Shown piece after piece: positions 22,836-31,460 of a stretch of 64,000 nucleotides of DNA. The position numbers and the translations under genes were made by a program. Every line of letters starts with the position of its first letter. The stretch's first letter is position 1. The notes beneath the pieces are model-generated. The model did not search any database, had not been told where the DNA came from, and worked only from the letters and a program-made list of their open reading frames with translations. Source of the stretch: an uncultured virus (IMG/VR IMGVR_UViG_3300046387_001331) (lineage: Duplodnaviria; Heunggongvirae; Uroviricota; Caudoviricetes); the IMG/VR virus record IMGVR_UViG_3300046387_001331. One strand, 5' to 3'.

Positions 22836-23135
22836 ATGAAAATTAATTTGAATGATAAACTGGTGGCAGAACTCGATTCTATATTTGATAATAAACGCAC
22901 TTCACAGATAGAATGGGATGTCTGTATTGAAGATATTGTAGAAGAATTCATTGCAAGACAAAAAGGAACTTGGTACGAAGACAACTTTGTAGAAGAAGCA
23001 GACGAACCAGATGAGGTACATTTTGATCTCAGAGATATTGGAATGAGTAACGGAAAAAATGGTCATCTCAATGGAACATTAACTCAACCACCGTTTGGAA
23101 AAAAGAATTTACGAAATCGGTTAAACGACAAGTAA
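22836..23135 (+). CDS. Hypothetical protein
   Basis: In-frame ATG (MKINLN) after the previous stop; followed by a terminator. Confidence 0.6.
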   Translation: MKINLNDKLVAELDSIFDNKRTSQIEWDVCIEDIVEEFIARQKGTWYEDNFVEEADEPDEVHFDLRDIGMSNGKNGHLNGTLTQPPFGKKNLRNRLNDK

Positions 23136-23165
23136 ATGGTGGAACGTGTCATTCGTGACATCCCT

Positions 23166-23197
23166 AAAGTGGTCATTTTCGGATGACCACTTTTTTT
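23166..23197 (+). terminator. Intrinsic terminator ending the structural operon
   Basis: aaagtggtcat-t-TTCG-g-atgaccacttt plus T run; a smaller tgtca-TTCG-tgaca hairpin lies at 23147-23160. Confidence 0.9.
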
Positions 23198-23265
23198 GCA
23201 TTATTTTCAAATGTTAATAACTTTTTGTTGCAATATACTCAGAACTGTTTCATAGTATATAAATC

Positions 23266-23385
23266 ATGTATATCAATCATTCATTCAAAAGAAGTCGAGT
23301 GGTGAAAACCTAGTCGGAGCAATTCGGCATCGTCCGCAAAACGAAGATATCGTGCGACCCCCTCTTCCCCAGAGGGGGTCTTTTT
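23266..23385 (+). ncRNA. Candidate short structured transcript: 15-codon sORF, GNRA hairpins, terminator
   Basis: Between two terminators; possible promoter TTGCAA(23228)-17-CATAGT; ggt-GAAA-acc; gtcgga-GCAA-ttcggc; tcgt-ccgcaaa-acga. Confidence 0.45.
23356..23385 (+). terminator. Intrinsic terminator
   Basis: gaccccctct-tcccc-agagggggtc, perfect 10-bp stem followed by ttttt. Confidence 0.9.
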
Positions 23386-23398
23386 ATAAAAATAATCC

Positions 23399-23427
23399 TT
23401 GACTTTTTATAATAAGTGTGGTAGTAT
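23399..23427 (+). promoter_or_regulatory. Repeated early-type sigma70 promoter, copy 1
   Basis: TTGACT-17 nt-TAGTAT, then leader acttgtattgagagtgagaaaagag. Confidence 0.85.
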
Positions 23428-23476
23428 ACTTGTATTGAGAGTGAGAAAAGAGAAAGTTAAAAAAGAGAAAAAAATT

Positions 23477-23635
23477 ATGAGTGAAAACGAAGCAATTGAG
23501 TTTGTTCAAAATAACGCAAGATATTACGATGATGGTTCATTTGAACCTTATGCCGTAATGTATGAGGGTAAGTTTATTTGGGCAGATTCCCCACGGAATT
23601 TGGTGGAACGAGTTATGAATAATGTAAACGGATAA
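23477..23635 (+). CDS. Small hypothetical early protein
   Basis: ATG (MSENEA) after a purine-rich leader; the track's TTG start is the -35 box. Confidence 0.65.
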   Translation: MSENEAIEFVQNNARYYDDGSFEPYAVMYEGKFIWADSPRNLVERVMNNVNG

Positions 23636-23639
23636 TAAA

Positions 23640-23897
23640 ATGAAAATCAAAGAAAACATATACGCAAACGAAAATTTAACCAAGTCACAAGAGGATGTAA
23701 TTGACGTTATCAATTCACAAGGTTTGGAAACTTTCTTTCACACTTCAACATATGGATCAGAAGTTACTCCGAAAACCGAAGGTGGTTATGGTGGTTATGC
23801 TCATCAAATGGCAATTCGTGGTCTTGAAAAACGAGGAATAATTACTGCACAACATATGTGGAGAGGTGCAATTTGCAGATTAAACTTAAGGTACTAA
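23640..23897 (+). CDS. Hypothetical protein, possible winged helix
   Basis: 85 aa; LTKSQ...AIRGLEKRGII pattern. Confidence 0.6.
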   Translation: MKIKENIYANENLTKSQEDVIDVINSQGLETFFHTSTYGSEVTPKTEGGYGGYAHQMAIRGLEKRGIITAQHMWRGAICRLNLRY

Positions 23898-23903
23898 AAT
23901 AAT

Positions 23904-24224
23904 ATGAGCAATTATGTATTTAATGGAAAAGATAACATGGATGACGATGCAACTCATCCATTCGCAGGTATAACTGGAACTTTAGTGGATCAAATGCAAA
24001 TGACCGAAGCAGGATACGATGGTTTGATTGCCATGAACACTACATTCAAAGATTTAGCAAATTCAATGACTGAACAAAGTAGTGGTCAATATACATTCAC
24101 AGAACAAGAAGTTGAAGAATTGTATTCACCTGAGAATTTTCTTTTTGATAAAAGTCAGCAAATGATTGTAGCAGGTCGTCCTGTTACCGAAGTTAATATC
24201 AAAGTTGAATTGTTTCCTTTGTAA
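23904..24224 (+). CDS. Hypothetical protein
   Basis: 106-aa ORF in a tightly packed run. Confidence 0.65.
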   Translation: MSNYVFNGKDNMDDDATHPFAGITGTLVDQMQMTEAGYDGLIAMNTTFKDLANSMTEQSSGQYTFTEQEVEELYSPENFLFDKSQQMIVAGRPVTEVNIKVELFPL

Positions 24225-24230
24225 TTTGAT

Positions 24231-24259
24231 TTGACACAATAAGTTTCGTTACTTATTAT
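24231..24259 (+). promoter_or_regulatory. Sigma70-type promoter of clpP
   Basis: TTGACA-17-TATTAT; ATG 10 nt downstream. Confidence 0.75.
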
Positions 24260-24268
24260 ATTCAGTAT

Positions 24269-24886
24269 ATGGAAATTCAAAATAATGTTTATTTACCTCT
24301 TCCGCACGTTTATGAACGTGAGGGTCGTCAAGAACGTGCATGGGACATTTATAGTCGTTTGCTTCGTGATAGAATCATTTTTATCGGAACGCAAATTGAT
24401 TCTTATGTAACCAACAGTATCATTGCTCAACTTTTGTTTTTGCAAATGGAAGACCCCAAGAAGGATGTACACGTTTATATCAATTCACCCGGAGGCAGTG
24501 TTGCAGACGGAATGGCAATTTATGATACATTGCGATTTATGGAGTGTGATGTAACAACTTATTGCATCGGAATGGCTGCAAGTATGGGAGCAGTGCTACT
24601 ATCAAGTGGAACTAAGGGTAAACGTTTTGCTCTTCCAAATAGCAGGGTTATGATTCACCAACCAAGTGGTGGAGCACAAGGACAAGCAAGTGATATTAGC
24701 ATTTCAGCAAAAGAGATTCTTCGTTGGAGACAAATTCTCAATCAAGTTCTTGCTGATAATAGTGGTCAACCTGTTGAAAAAATTGAAAAGGATACAGACC
24801 GTGATTATTACATGACTGCACTTGAAGCACAAGAATATGGTCTTATTGACAAAGTAGTTGATCGTAAATCAGACTCAGAAAAATGA
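24269..24886 (+). CDS. clpP: ATP-dependent Clp protease proteolytic subunit
   Basis: [30 protein letters not shown] (catalytic Ser), VMIHQPSGG (His), DRDYYM (Asp). Confidence 0.97.
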   Translation: MEIQNNVYLPLPHVYEREGRQERAWDIYSRLLRDRIIFIGTQIDSYVTNSIIAQLLFLQMEDPKKDVHVYINSPGGSVADGMAIYDTLRFMECDVTTYCIGMAASMGAVLLSSGTKGKRFALPNSRVMIHQPSGGAQGQASDISISAKEILRWRQILNQVLADNSGQPVEKIEKDTDRDYYMTALEAQEYGLIDKVVDRKSDSEK

Positions 24887-25065
24887 AAAAGCAAAACCTG
24901 ACAATTGAACAACACATTCAAGTTCTACAAGAAACCATTGAATGGTATCAAGCACAAATTCTTCCACATGATTGTGGTTGGATGCACACAACCATAAGTG
25001 GATTGAAGAACCGAATAGAAGACTTAAAGAGACAAATTCCACCAAATCCACACATTCACTTGTAA
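24883..25065 (+). CDS. Small hypothetical protein
   Basis: ATGA overlap with the clpP stop. Confidence 0.6.
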   Translation: MKKQNLTIEQHIQVLQETIEWYQAQILPHDCGWMHTTISGLKNRIEDLKRQIPPNPHIHL

Positions 25066-25109
25066 ATATTAGTGCTTGACTTTTACGGGCTATCTGTCAT
25101 ACTAAAGGT

Positions 25110-25325
25110 ATGATTGAGAGAACGAGAAGATGGATTAAATATCATATTCGTTGGCAAAGTGGATTTCTTATTTCGTTTCCTACGATGTGGATTTTTAGTG
25201 AAATGTGGAATTGGCCTCTTTGGGCAAGTATCATAGGATTTCAGTTTATTGGTGCATTAGTATACTATCCTATTGACAACAAAATATTTTCAACAAAAGA
25301 CAAGATTTCCAAATTTGGTGCTTGA
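25110..25325 (+). CDS. Small membrane protein
   Basis: Two hydrophobic segments; divergent promoter copy TTGACT(25076)-16-CATACT upstream. Confidence 0.65.
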   Translation: MIERTRRWIKYHIRWQSGFLISFPTMWIFSEMWNWPLWASIIGFQFIGALVYYPIDNKIFSTKDKISKFGA

Positions 25326-25350
25326 CTTTTTATAATAATTTTGGTAAAGT
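25322..25350 (+). promoter_or_regulatory. Repeated early-type promoter, copy 2
   Basis: TTGACT-17-TAAAGT. Confidence 0.8.
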
Positions 25351-25359
25351 ATTTTAAGA

Positions 25360-25884
25360 ATGAGAGATAAAAGATACAAAATAAAATCAGGATTAATTGC
25401 GAAAACTCTTGGGATAACTTCCCAAAAAGTTGCCCACCTTAGACAGACACATAAAATGCCTGACTTTGAAACAATAAGTGAATATTATGATTGGTATGTT
25501 GATGTGTATTCAAATCCTGCGAAAAATTCAGTTCCAACGATTAATTCTAATAATCTAGGTAGACCAGAACATGAATCTGTGACTCGGACAATACAAAGAA
25601 ATGAAATTCTATCAGAAATTTTCAGTAAATTGACTGAAAAAGAAATTTCAATTTTAAAAATGAGATATTATCACGATATGTCAGATCGAAGAATTGCCAA
25701 GGAACTTGGAGTTGCCGGTATTAGTCACGAACGGGTTTTTAAAATAATTCAAAAAATAAGAAGAATGAGACTTACAAAAAATCAAATTACATCTGATGAA
25801 ATGTGGAGAGGATATGATCATATTATCAATGGAAAAGTTTCAAGTACACGTGGAGATTGTGGACTTATCCAAAAAGGATTGTGA
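25360..25884 (+). CDS. Sigma70 region-4-like HTH protein
   Basis: LTEKEISILKMRYYHDMSDRRIAKELGV...SHERVFKI resembles sigma region 4; second HTH-like IAKTLGITSQKV at the N-terminus. Confidence 0.7.
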   Translation: MRDKRYKIKSGLIAKTLGITSQKVAHLRQTHKMPDFETISEYYDWYVDVYSNPAKNSVPTINSNNLGRPEHESVTRTIQRNEILSEIFSKLTEKEISILKMRYYHDMSDRRIAKELGVAGISHERVFKIIQKIRRMRLTKNQITSDEMWRGYDHIINGKVSSTRGDCGLIQKGL

Positions 25885-25903
25885 AACCTGTGTGATTTAG
25901 TGC

Positions 25904-25932
25904 TTGACTTTTTATAAGAATTTTAGTAGTAT
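25904..25932 (+). promoter_or_regulatory. Repeated early-type promoter, copy 3
   Basis: TTGACT-17-TAGTAT. Confidence 0.85.
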
Positions 25933-25971
25933 GTTTATATTGAGAATGAGAAAAGGAGAAAATAAAAAAAT

Positions 25972-28281
25972 ATGAGTTCAGTAAAAGATTTGCATAGTTC
26001 GTTTTGGATGGAAGAAGATGAATGGGATGATGACTTCCTTGTGGATAATTCCCATCAAGAACGTAAAGGTGGTTTGAATTATACTGAACTTATTAAGTTG
26101 TCAGCAAGACGTCGTGCGATTGCTAATTTCGTAAACATTTTAACTGGTCAAGATATTCCGGTTCAATTTAGTTCACGTGGTGGTGAAAATTATACCGATG
26201 GTAAAGTGGTTGTGATTTCAGCAGATGCCAAGAATGAAACATTTGATTCGGATGTTGGATTGGCACTTCATGAAGCATCTCATATTCTTTTGAGTGAGTT
26301 TGATGTTATTCATCGTCTTATTGGTGATACAAGCACTTTTGATCGTAATACTCATTTTCCTATTCTTCGTGAAGGATTCACCCCAAAAAATGATGCTGAA
26401 AAGAAGTTGGAAACATTTTTGTGGGACATTCTGAAAAACGAAGATATTAAAAAGCAACTCAACGACAAAGGTCAAATCAAGTTTCAACGTCAAATGCTTT
26501 TGTTTGCAAAGGATATGTGGAATTGGGTGGAAGACCGTAGAATTGATAATTATGTTTTTACAAATGCTCCTGGTTATCGTGAGTATTATATGTCTCTTTA
26601 TGCAAAGTATTTTCGCACAAAAGAAATGGCAAAGACTTTGCAAAGTGATGAATATCGTGAAGAAAATCTTGATAGTTATTCAATGCGTGTTATTAATCTT
26701 CTTAGTGAAGAACGTGATCTGGATGCGTTGAATGGTCTTCGTGATATTGTTAAGGTTCTTGATCTTAATAATGTTGCTCGGATGAAGAATTCTTATGATG
26801 CTCTTTCAGTTGCAGTTGATGTTGCAGAAATCATTTTCAATAACGTTGATTGGAATGCTGAAATGGAATCAACTAAAAATGGTGAAAGTTCCGAAGGTGA
26901 ATCTGATACAAATTTCAGTAACGATGATTTTAATGATCCACCTGAAAGTAAAGAATCTTCAGAAAGCAATTCTGATGACAATAAAGAAGGTGAAGGAAAT
27001 TCTTCGGAAAACTCTGATGATGAAAATAATGAATCATCATCTGCTTCTTCATCTTCCGATGAAAACTCCGATGGTTCTGAAAATTCTGATTCAAACGATT
27101 CTGATTCTGACAATGATTCAAACGATTCTGATTCTGATTCTGATTCCGATGGAAAGAATGCCAAGGAAAGTAAAAATGCTTTGAGCAAAACAATGAAGAA
27201 ACGAGTTGAAAATCAACTTAAAAAGCAAAAGGATTTTATGGAAGGCAATCTCAAGAAAAAGAGTGCTTCCAAGAAAGACCAACAAGCAATGAAGGCTGCT
27301 GAACAAAGTGGTTCGGAAATTGTTCAAGTTGGAAGTGATGTTCATGGTGAACAAGGTTATTACAAAGCACGTTCTATTGATTGCATCATCGTTAAGAATC
27401 TTACCAATGAAGTTATTGATAGCAATGAATTTCCAATGAAGTATTATCACAAAGATTTGTTTTCAAAGAATAGTGTTGAAAAAGGAATCGTTATGGGAAC
27501 CGTTCTTGGAAAAAGATTAAAAATTCGTAGTGAAGTTCGTGAACTTAGAACGATGCGTCAACGCACCGGTAGAATTGAAAGAAGATTGTTAAGTGAACTT
27601 GGTTACGGAATGGAAAATGTATTTGGTCATGTTGAAATTAGCAAATACAAAAAAGCAATGCTTTACATCAGTATTGATGCTTCTTCAAGTATGTTTAGTG
27701 GAAGCACTTCAAATGAAAATAGCAAGTGGCATCGGACCATGACTGCAACCGTAGGAATGGCAAAGGCCGCAAGCATGATTGACAATCTTGATGTTCGCAT
27801 TGACTTTCGTGCAACTAAAGGTGATTTTCCTTATGTTGTAATTGCATACGATTCAACGAAAGATTCATTTGCAAAGATTAGGAATTTGTTTCCACGTCTT
27901 TCTCCTTGTGGTTATACACCAGAAGGATTATGCTTTGAAGCACTTTCAAAAAGTTTCGTACCTGCGACAACTGAACGTGATGTTTACTTCGTTAATATTT
28001 CAGACGGACAACCTTACTTCTGCACCAAAGGAGCAAGTGGTTTTGATTATAGTGGTGAAAGTGCAGTTCAACACACTAAACGACAAGTTGATGTTCTTCG
28101 TAAAAAAGGAATTCGTGTTGCGAGTTATTATGTAGAAGAAGAAAATGGTTGGTATCGTGAAACTACTCAAAGAATGTTCAAAAGAATGTACGGACACGAT
28201 GCACAATTTATCAATGTTGGTAATGTACACGAAATAGCAAAAACGATGAATCGCAAGTTTCTTCAAAAAAATGCAAATTAG
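25972..28281 (+). CDS. CobT-like protein: HExxH domain, acidic linker, vWA (MIDAS) domain
   Basis: ALHEASHI and VEDRRID; S/D/E/N-rich linker; ISIDASSSM (DxSxS), GYTPE, ISDGQP. Confidence 0.85.
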   Translation: MSSVKDLHSSFWMEEDEWDDDFLVDNSHQERKGGLNYTELIKLSARRRAIANFVNILTGQDIPVQFSSRGGENYTDGKVVVISADAKNETFDSDVGLALHEASHILLSEFDVIHRLIGDTSTFDRNTHFPILREGFTPKNDAEKKLETFLWDILKNEDIKKQLNDKGQIKFQRQMLLFAKDMWNWVEDRRIDNYVFTNAPGYREYYMSLYAKYFRTKEMAKTLQSDEYREENLDSYSMRVINLLSEERDLDALNGLRDIVKVLDLNNVARMKNSYDALSVAVDVAEIIFNNVDWNAEMESTKNGESSEGESDTNFSNDDFNDPPESKESSESNSDDNKEGEGNSSENSDDENNESSSASSSSDENSDGSENSDSNDSDSDNDSNDSDSDSDSDGKNAKESKNALSKTMKKRVENQLKKQKDFMEGNLKKKSASKKDQQAMKAAEQSGSEIVQVGSDVHGEQGYYKARSIDCIIVKNLTNEVIDSNEFPMKYYHKDLFSKNSVEKGIVMGTVLGKRLKIRSEVRELRTMRQRTGRIERRLLSELGYGMENVFGHVEISKYKKAMLYISIDASSSMFSGSTSNENSKWHRTMTATVGMAKAASMIDNLDVRIDFRATKGDFPYVVIAYDSTKDSFAKIRNLFPRLSPCGYTPEGLCFEALSKSFVPATTERDVYFVNISDGQPYFCTKGASGFDYSGESAVQHTKRQVDVLRKKGIRVASYYVEEENGWYRETTQRMFKRMYGHDAQFINVGNVHEIAKTMNRKFLQKNAN

Positions 28282-28284
28282 GTG

Positions 28285-28313
28285 TTGACTTTTTATAAAA
28301 AATTTTGTAAGAT
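28285..28313 (+). promoter_or_regulatory. Repeated early-type promoter, copy 4
   Basis: TTGACT-17-TAAGAT. Confidence 0.85.
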
Positions 28314-28322
28314 ACAAGAACA

Positions 28323-28577
28323 ATGGGAAATGAAACAGAAATGAAGTGGCAACCAATTCCAAGTTTGAAGTCTGAGCAAATTGATGATTTGTTTAAAAAT
28401 CTTTATGGAGTTGATCGTAAAACTTCTATCGTTGAAAAAACTTGTGTTTCGTGTGGAGCAGAAGTTGCCGAAGAAGGATTTCGTGACGATGTATCATTGC
28501 GTGAATTCCATATTTCAGGACTTTGCCAAGTATGCCAAGATAAAGTTTTTGGATTTGAAGAAACTTTAGAAAAATAA
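28323..28577 (+). CDS. Small zinc-finger-like protein
   Basis: CVSC ... CQVC. Confidence 0.75.
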   Translation: MGNETEMKWQPIPSLKSEQIDDLFKNLYGVDRKTSIVEKTCVSCGAEVAEEGFRDDVSLREFHISGLCQVCQDKVFGFEETLEK

Positions 28578-28580
28578 GTC

Positions 28581-28609
28581 TTGACTTTTTATAGAAAATT
28601 TATTAAGAT
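28581..28609 (+). promoter_or_regulatory. Repeated early-type promoter, copy 5
   Basis: TTGACT-17-TAAGAT. Confidence 0.85.
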
Positions 28610-28654
28610 ACTAATTCAAACTGAGAGAATAACAAGAGAAAAAAAATAAAAATT

Positions 28655-29842
28655 ATGAGTGAGATTATAGCAAAAGTAGTTCAAAACAAATCACGATTCA
28701 ACGCAGTTGATTCTGACGGAAACGTCGTCAAGGGAATTTCTGCCGTGATGCGTAAGAAAGCATTTAATAGCAACAAAGCACTTCAACGTGCAATTGGCAA
28801 GACGGGTCGTCCGTTTTGGAGAATGGTTAATATTGAGGAGTTTGTATCTATTGATACCAAGTCTGCTCCTACTACTTCACGTGATGAAGCAAGTATGGAA
28901 ATCAATGAAATTCCTGAGAAGCATAATGAGATTGTTGACTTTCTCAAAAACTGCTTTAATCTCAAACCAAGCAAGTTGTTTATGAATGAAACCAAGTGGA
29001 AGTATTTGGTTCGTTCAGCAGTTCGTGGCAAGAATGTTATGATGACGGGTAACTCCGGTTGTGGTAAAACTCTTGCAAGTAAGACTCTTGCAGAAGTTCT
29101 TGATCGTCCTTTCTTTTATTTTAATCTTGGAGCAACTCAAGATCCTCGTAGTTCTTTGATCGGTAACACTCATTTCAAGAAAGAAACCGGAACCGTGTTT
29201 GCTGAAAGTTCTTTCATCAAAGCAATTCGTACTCCGAATTCTATTATTCTTCTTGACGAATTATCAAGAGCACATCCTGATGCGTGGAACATTTTGATGA
29301 CTCCACTTGATCCTCTTCAACGTTACGTTCGGTTAGACGAATCTGAAGATTCAGAAGTTGTCCCCGTTGCAGACGGAGTTACTTTCGTTGCTACTGCAAA
29401 TGTTGGTAACGAATACACTTCAACCCGAGTAATGGACAGAGCATTGCTTGATCGTTTCGTAACCGTGGAAATGGATGAACTTGAATACGAAGACGAAGTT
29501 GCTCTTCTTAAATTGCTTTATCCTGATGCAGACATCAATATGCTTGGTACGATTGGTGAAATTACCACTCATACTCGCAAGGTTGTTCGTTCTGCTGAAT
29601 CTAAGATTACCGATTCACTTTCAACTCGTAGTGCAGTTGAAATGGCCGGTCTTGCTTATGATGGATTCAATTTGCTTGAAATCGCAGAAGCATCAATTTA
29701 CCCTCACTTTTCTGATGATGGTGGTGCAGATTCGGAAAGAACTTATATGAAGCAATTCGTTCAAAAGTATGTTCAAAACGAAGATACACCTGAAGAACTA
29801 TTTTCTCTCAATCCCGATGAAAATGAATCAGTTCCATACTGA
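28655..29842 (+). CDS. MoxR-family (CbbQ/NorQ/CobS-like) AAA+ ATPase
   Basis: Walker A GNSGCGKT, Walker B ILLDELSR, sensor VATAN, MDRALLDRF arginine finger. Confidence 0.92.
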   Translation: MSEIIAKVVQNKSRFNAVDSDGNVVKGISAVMRKKAFNSNKALQRAIGKTGRPFWRMVNIEEFVSIDTKSAPTTSRDEASMEINEIPEKHNEIVDFLKNCFNLKPSKLFMNETKWKYLVRSAVRGKNVMMTGNSGCGKTLASKTLAEVLDRPFFYFNLGATQDPRSSLIGNTHFKKETGTVFAESSFIKAIRTPNSIILLDELSRAHPDAWNILMTPLDPLQRYVRLDESEDSEVVPVADGVTFVATANVGNEYTSTRVMDRALLDRFVTVEMDELEYEDEVALLKLLYPDADINMLGTIGEITTHTRKVVRSAESKITDSLSTRSAVEMAGLAYDGFNLLEIAEASIYPHFSDDGGADSERTYMKQFVQKYVQNEDTPEELFSLNPDENESVPY

Positions 29843-29854
29843 TTAAGTAATCGG

Positions 29855-29953
29855 CTCTCTCACTCGGTGGGACTCCTTTCTCTCGGGAGTCCCACCTTTT
29901 CTTTCTCTCACTCGGTGGGACTTCTATTCTCTCGGAAGTCCCACCTTTTTTTT
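29855..29953 (+). terminator. Tandem duplicated terminator hairpins (two ~48-nt units)
   Basis: ggtgggactcc/ggagtcccacc (29866-29896) and ggtgggacttc/gaagtcccacc (29914-29945) with a compensatory C-G to T-A change; T8 tract after the second. Confidence 0.9.
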
Positions 29954-29992
29954 GAACTTGATTTTATTTCAAAATAGTTTATATTATATTAA

Positions 29993-30259
29993 ATGAAAAT
30001 AGAGATTGAAAATAAAAGTGGAAAATATACATGGGAATCTTCCCACGATGATTATGATATTTATACATTGGCTGAACACATAAAAGGATTATTGGTAAGT
30101 GCTGGATTTCATCCAGAAAATGTTGATGAAATATTTGATGAATATTCAGTCAGTAGATGGAATTTAAATAAAGAGTCAGAAAAATCTCTTAATGATTTTG
30201 ATGATGATTTTTCAATTGAAGAAACTCAACAAGAAGTTACTGCTGAAACTTTAAAGTAA
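29993..30259 (+). CDS. Hypothetical protein
   Basis: 88-aa ORF; GLLVSAGFHPENV. Confidence 0.7.
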   Translation: MKIEIENKSGKYTWESSHDDYDIYTLAEHIKGLLVSAGFHPENVDEIFDEYSVSRWNLNKESEKSLNDFDDDFSIEETQQEVTAETLK

Positions 30260-30813
30260 TGGGAATGTTTGATTATGTAATTTGTGAACACGCACTACCT
30301 TTGCCAAAGGATTGCAAAGAACTTGCAGATGTAGTGTGGAATAAATATCAATTTCAAAGCAAGAATATGAATTGCTTAATGGATGATTACAGAATAAATA
30401 AAAATGGAAAACTTTTAGTTCGTGCAGGAAGAACCGATTTTTTTGATGATCCTTCTCAAACTTTGCCAGAAGTTGAAAGTAATTATCACGGAGAACTTGA
30501 ATTTTACGCATACGAGCAACGAAATAAATACGATTATAGTGTAAGTTTCAATGCAAAATTTTCAAACGGTAAACTTGATAAAATCAAATTATCAGAATTT
30601 GAAAAACATTCCAACGAAAAACGTAAAAAATATCAAGCAGAATTTGAAGAAGAACGAAACCGGTTTAAGAAATTAACACAATCGTGGTGGTTTCCAATTT
30701 ACGACACTTTGTATAAAAAACCAGTTCAGCAAATTTCAAAATATACTTATAAATTGTTACAAAAACTAATTTCTAATTGGTTTCGGTACGAGCAAAAAAT
30801 ACTTCCTTGGTAA
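30259..30813 (+). CDS. Conserved-looking phage hypothetical protein (MGMFD family)
   Basis: MGMFDYVICE...FQSK...YRINKNGKL...YHGELEFY; TAATG coupling. Confidence 0.75.
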   Translation: MGMFDYVICEHALPLPKDCKELADVVWNKYQFQSKNMNCLMDDYRINKNGKLLVRAGRTDFFDDPSQTLPEVESNYHGELEFYAYEQRNKYDYSVSFNAKFSNGKLDKIKLSEFEKHSNEKRKKYQAEFEEERNRFKKLTQSWWFPIYDTLYKKPVQQISKYTYKLLQKLISNWFRYEQKILPW

Positions 30814-31445
30814 TGAAATCCGCAAACGCATCTAATTTATCTGAATACAAAAAACTTTCAAAGTCTGAACGTGAATGTTTTGGATTATACAGAACACCTG
30901 AGTTTTACGAAATGAATGGAGATTCATTTGAAGATTATTGGAAATCAAATTATCCAATTCAATTTACCATTAGAAATTCATCCGAAAATTTTTGGATAAC
31001 ATTATCTGTGTGGAAAGATAAAATCATTGATAATACTTGGAGAAGATTATTTCCCAAAAACAGATGGGCAAGAAAAAGCATTCCTCATACTTATTCTGAT
31101 AAGGTTGAACTTATTAAAGATTTTTTATTCGCAAGCATCGTTGATTTTATTGAAAACGAACCAATTGAGTTTACAGATTGGGAATCATCTGAAACTCACA
31201 AAGATGTGTATCGTAGGATCAATAAGTGCTATGCGTTTATTAAAAAAGAAATGCCGGATAAACAAAACAAAATAGATGAACTGATGGATGAGTTATACGG
31301 TGATAAGGATATAAATAATTTTTTTACGATTGAACAAGAAGATGAAATATTTGATGAAATAAACAAATTAAGCAATGAATTGGAACAAGAAATTCAGTTT
31401 TATTGTACAGAGATTGTACAACTTAGAAATTATCTGTGGACTTGA
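30813..31445 (+). CDS. Hypothetical protein
   Basis: TAATG coupling; ends LRNYLWT. Confidence 0.7.
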   Translation: MKSANASNLSEYKKLSKSERECFGLYRTPEFYEMNGDSFEDYWKSNYPIQFTIRNSSENFWITLSVWKDKIIDNTWRRLFPKNRWARKSIPHTYSDKVELIKDFLFASIVDFIENEPIEFTDWESSETHKDVYRRINKCYAFIKKEMPDKQNKIDELMDELYGDKDINNFFTIEQEDEIFDEINKLSNELEQEIQFYCTEIVQLRNYLWT

Positions 31446-31460
31446 TATTTATGTGTTCCA

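Noticed and set aside
23294..23358. tRNA gene (cloverleaf-like fold)
   Set aside because: No 7-bp acceptor stem, no TTC T-loop, no CCA; kept only as a candidate ncRNA.
26793..27193. Overlapping ORFs across the acidic linker of the vWA protein
   Set aside because: Low-complexity shadows of the S/D/E-rich linker.
25972..29842. Calling the pair cobT/cobS for cobalamin synthesis
   Set aside because: No cobN or other cob genes in the window; only family-level motifs are visible.
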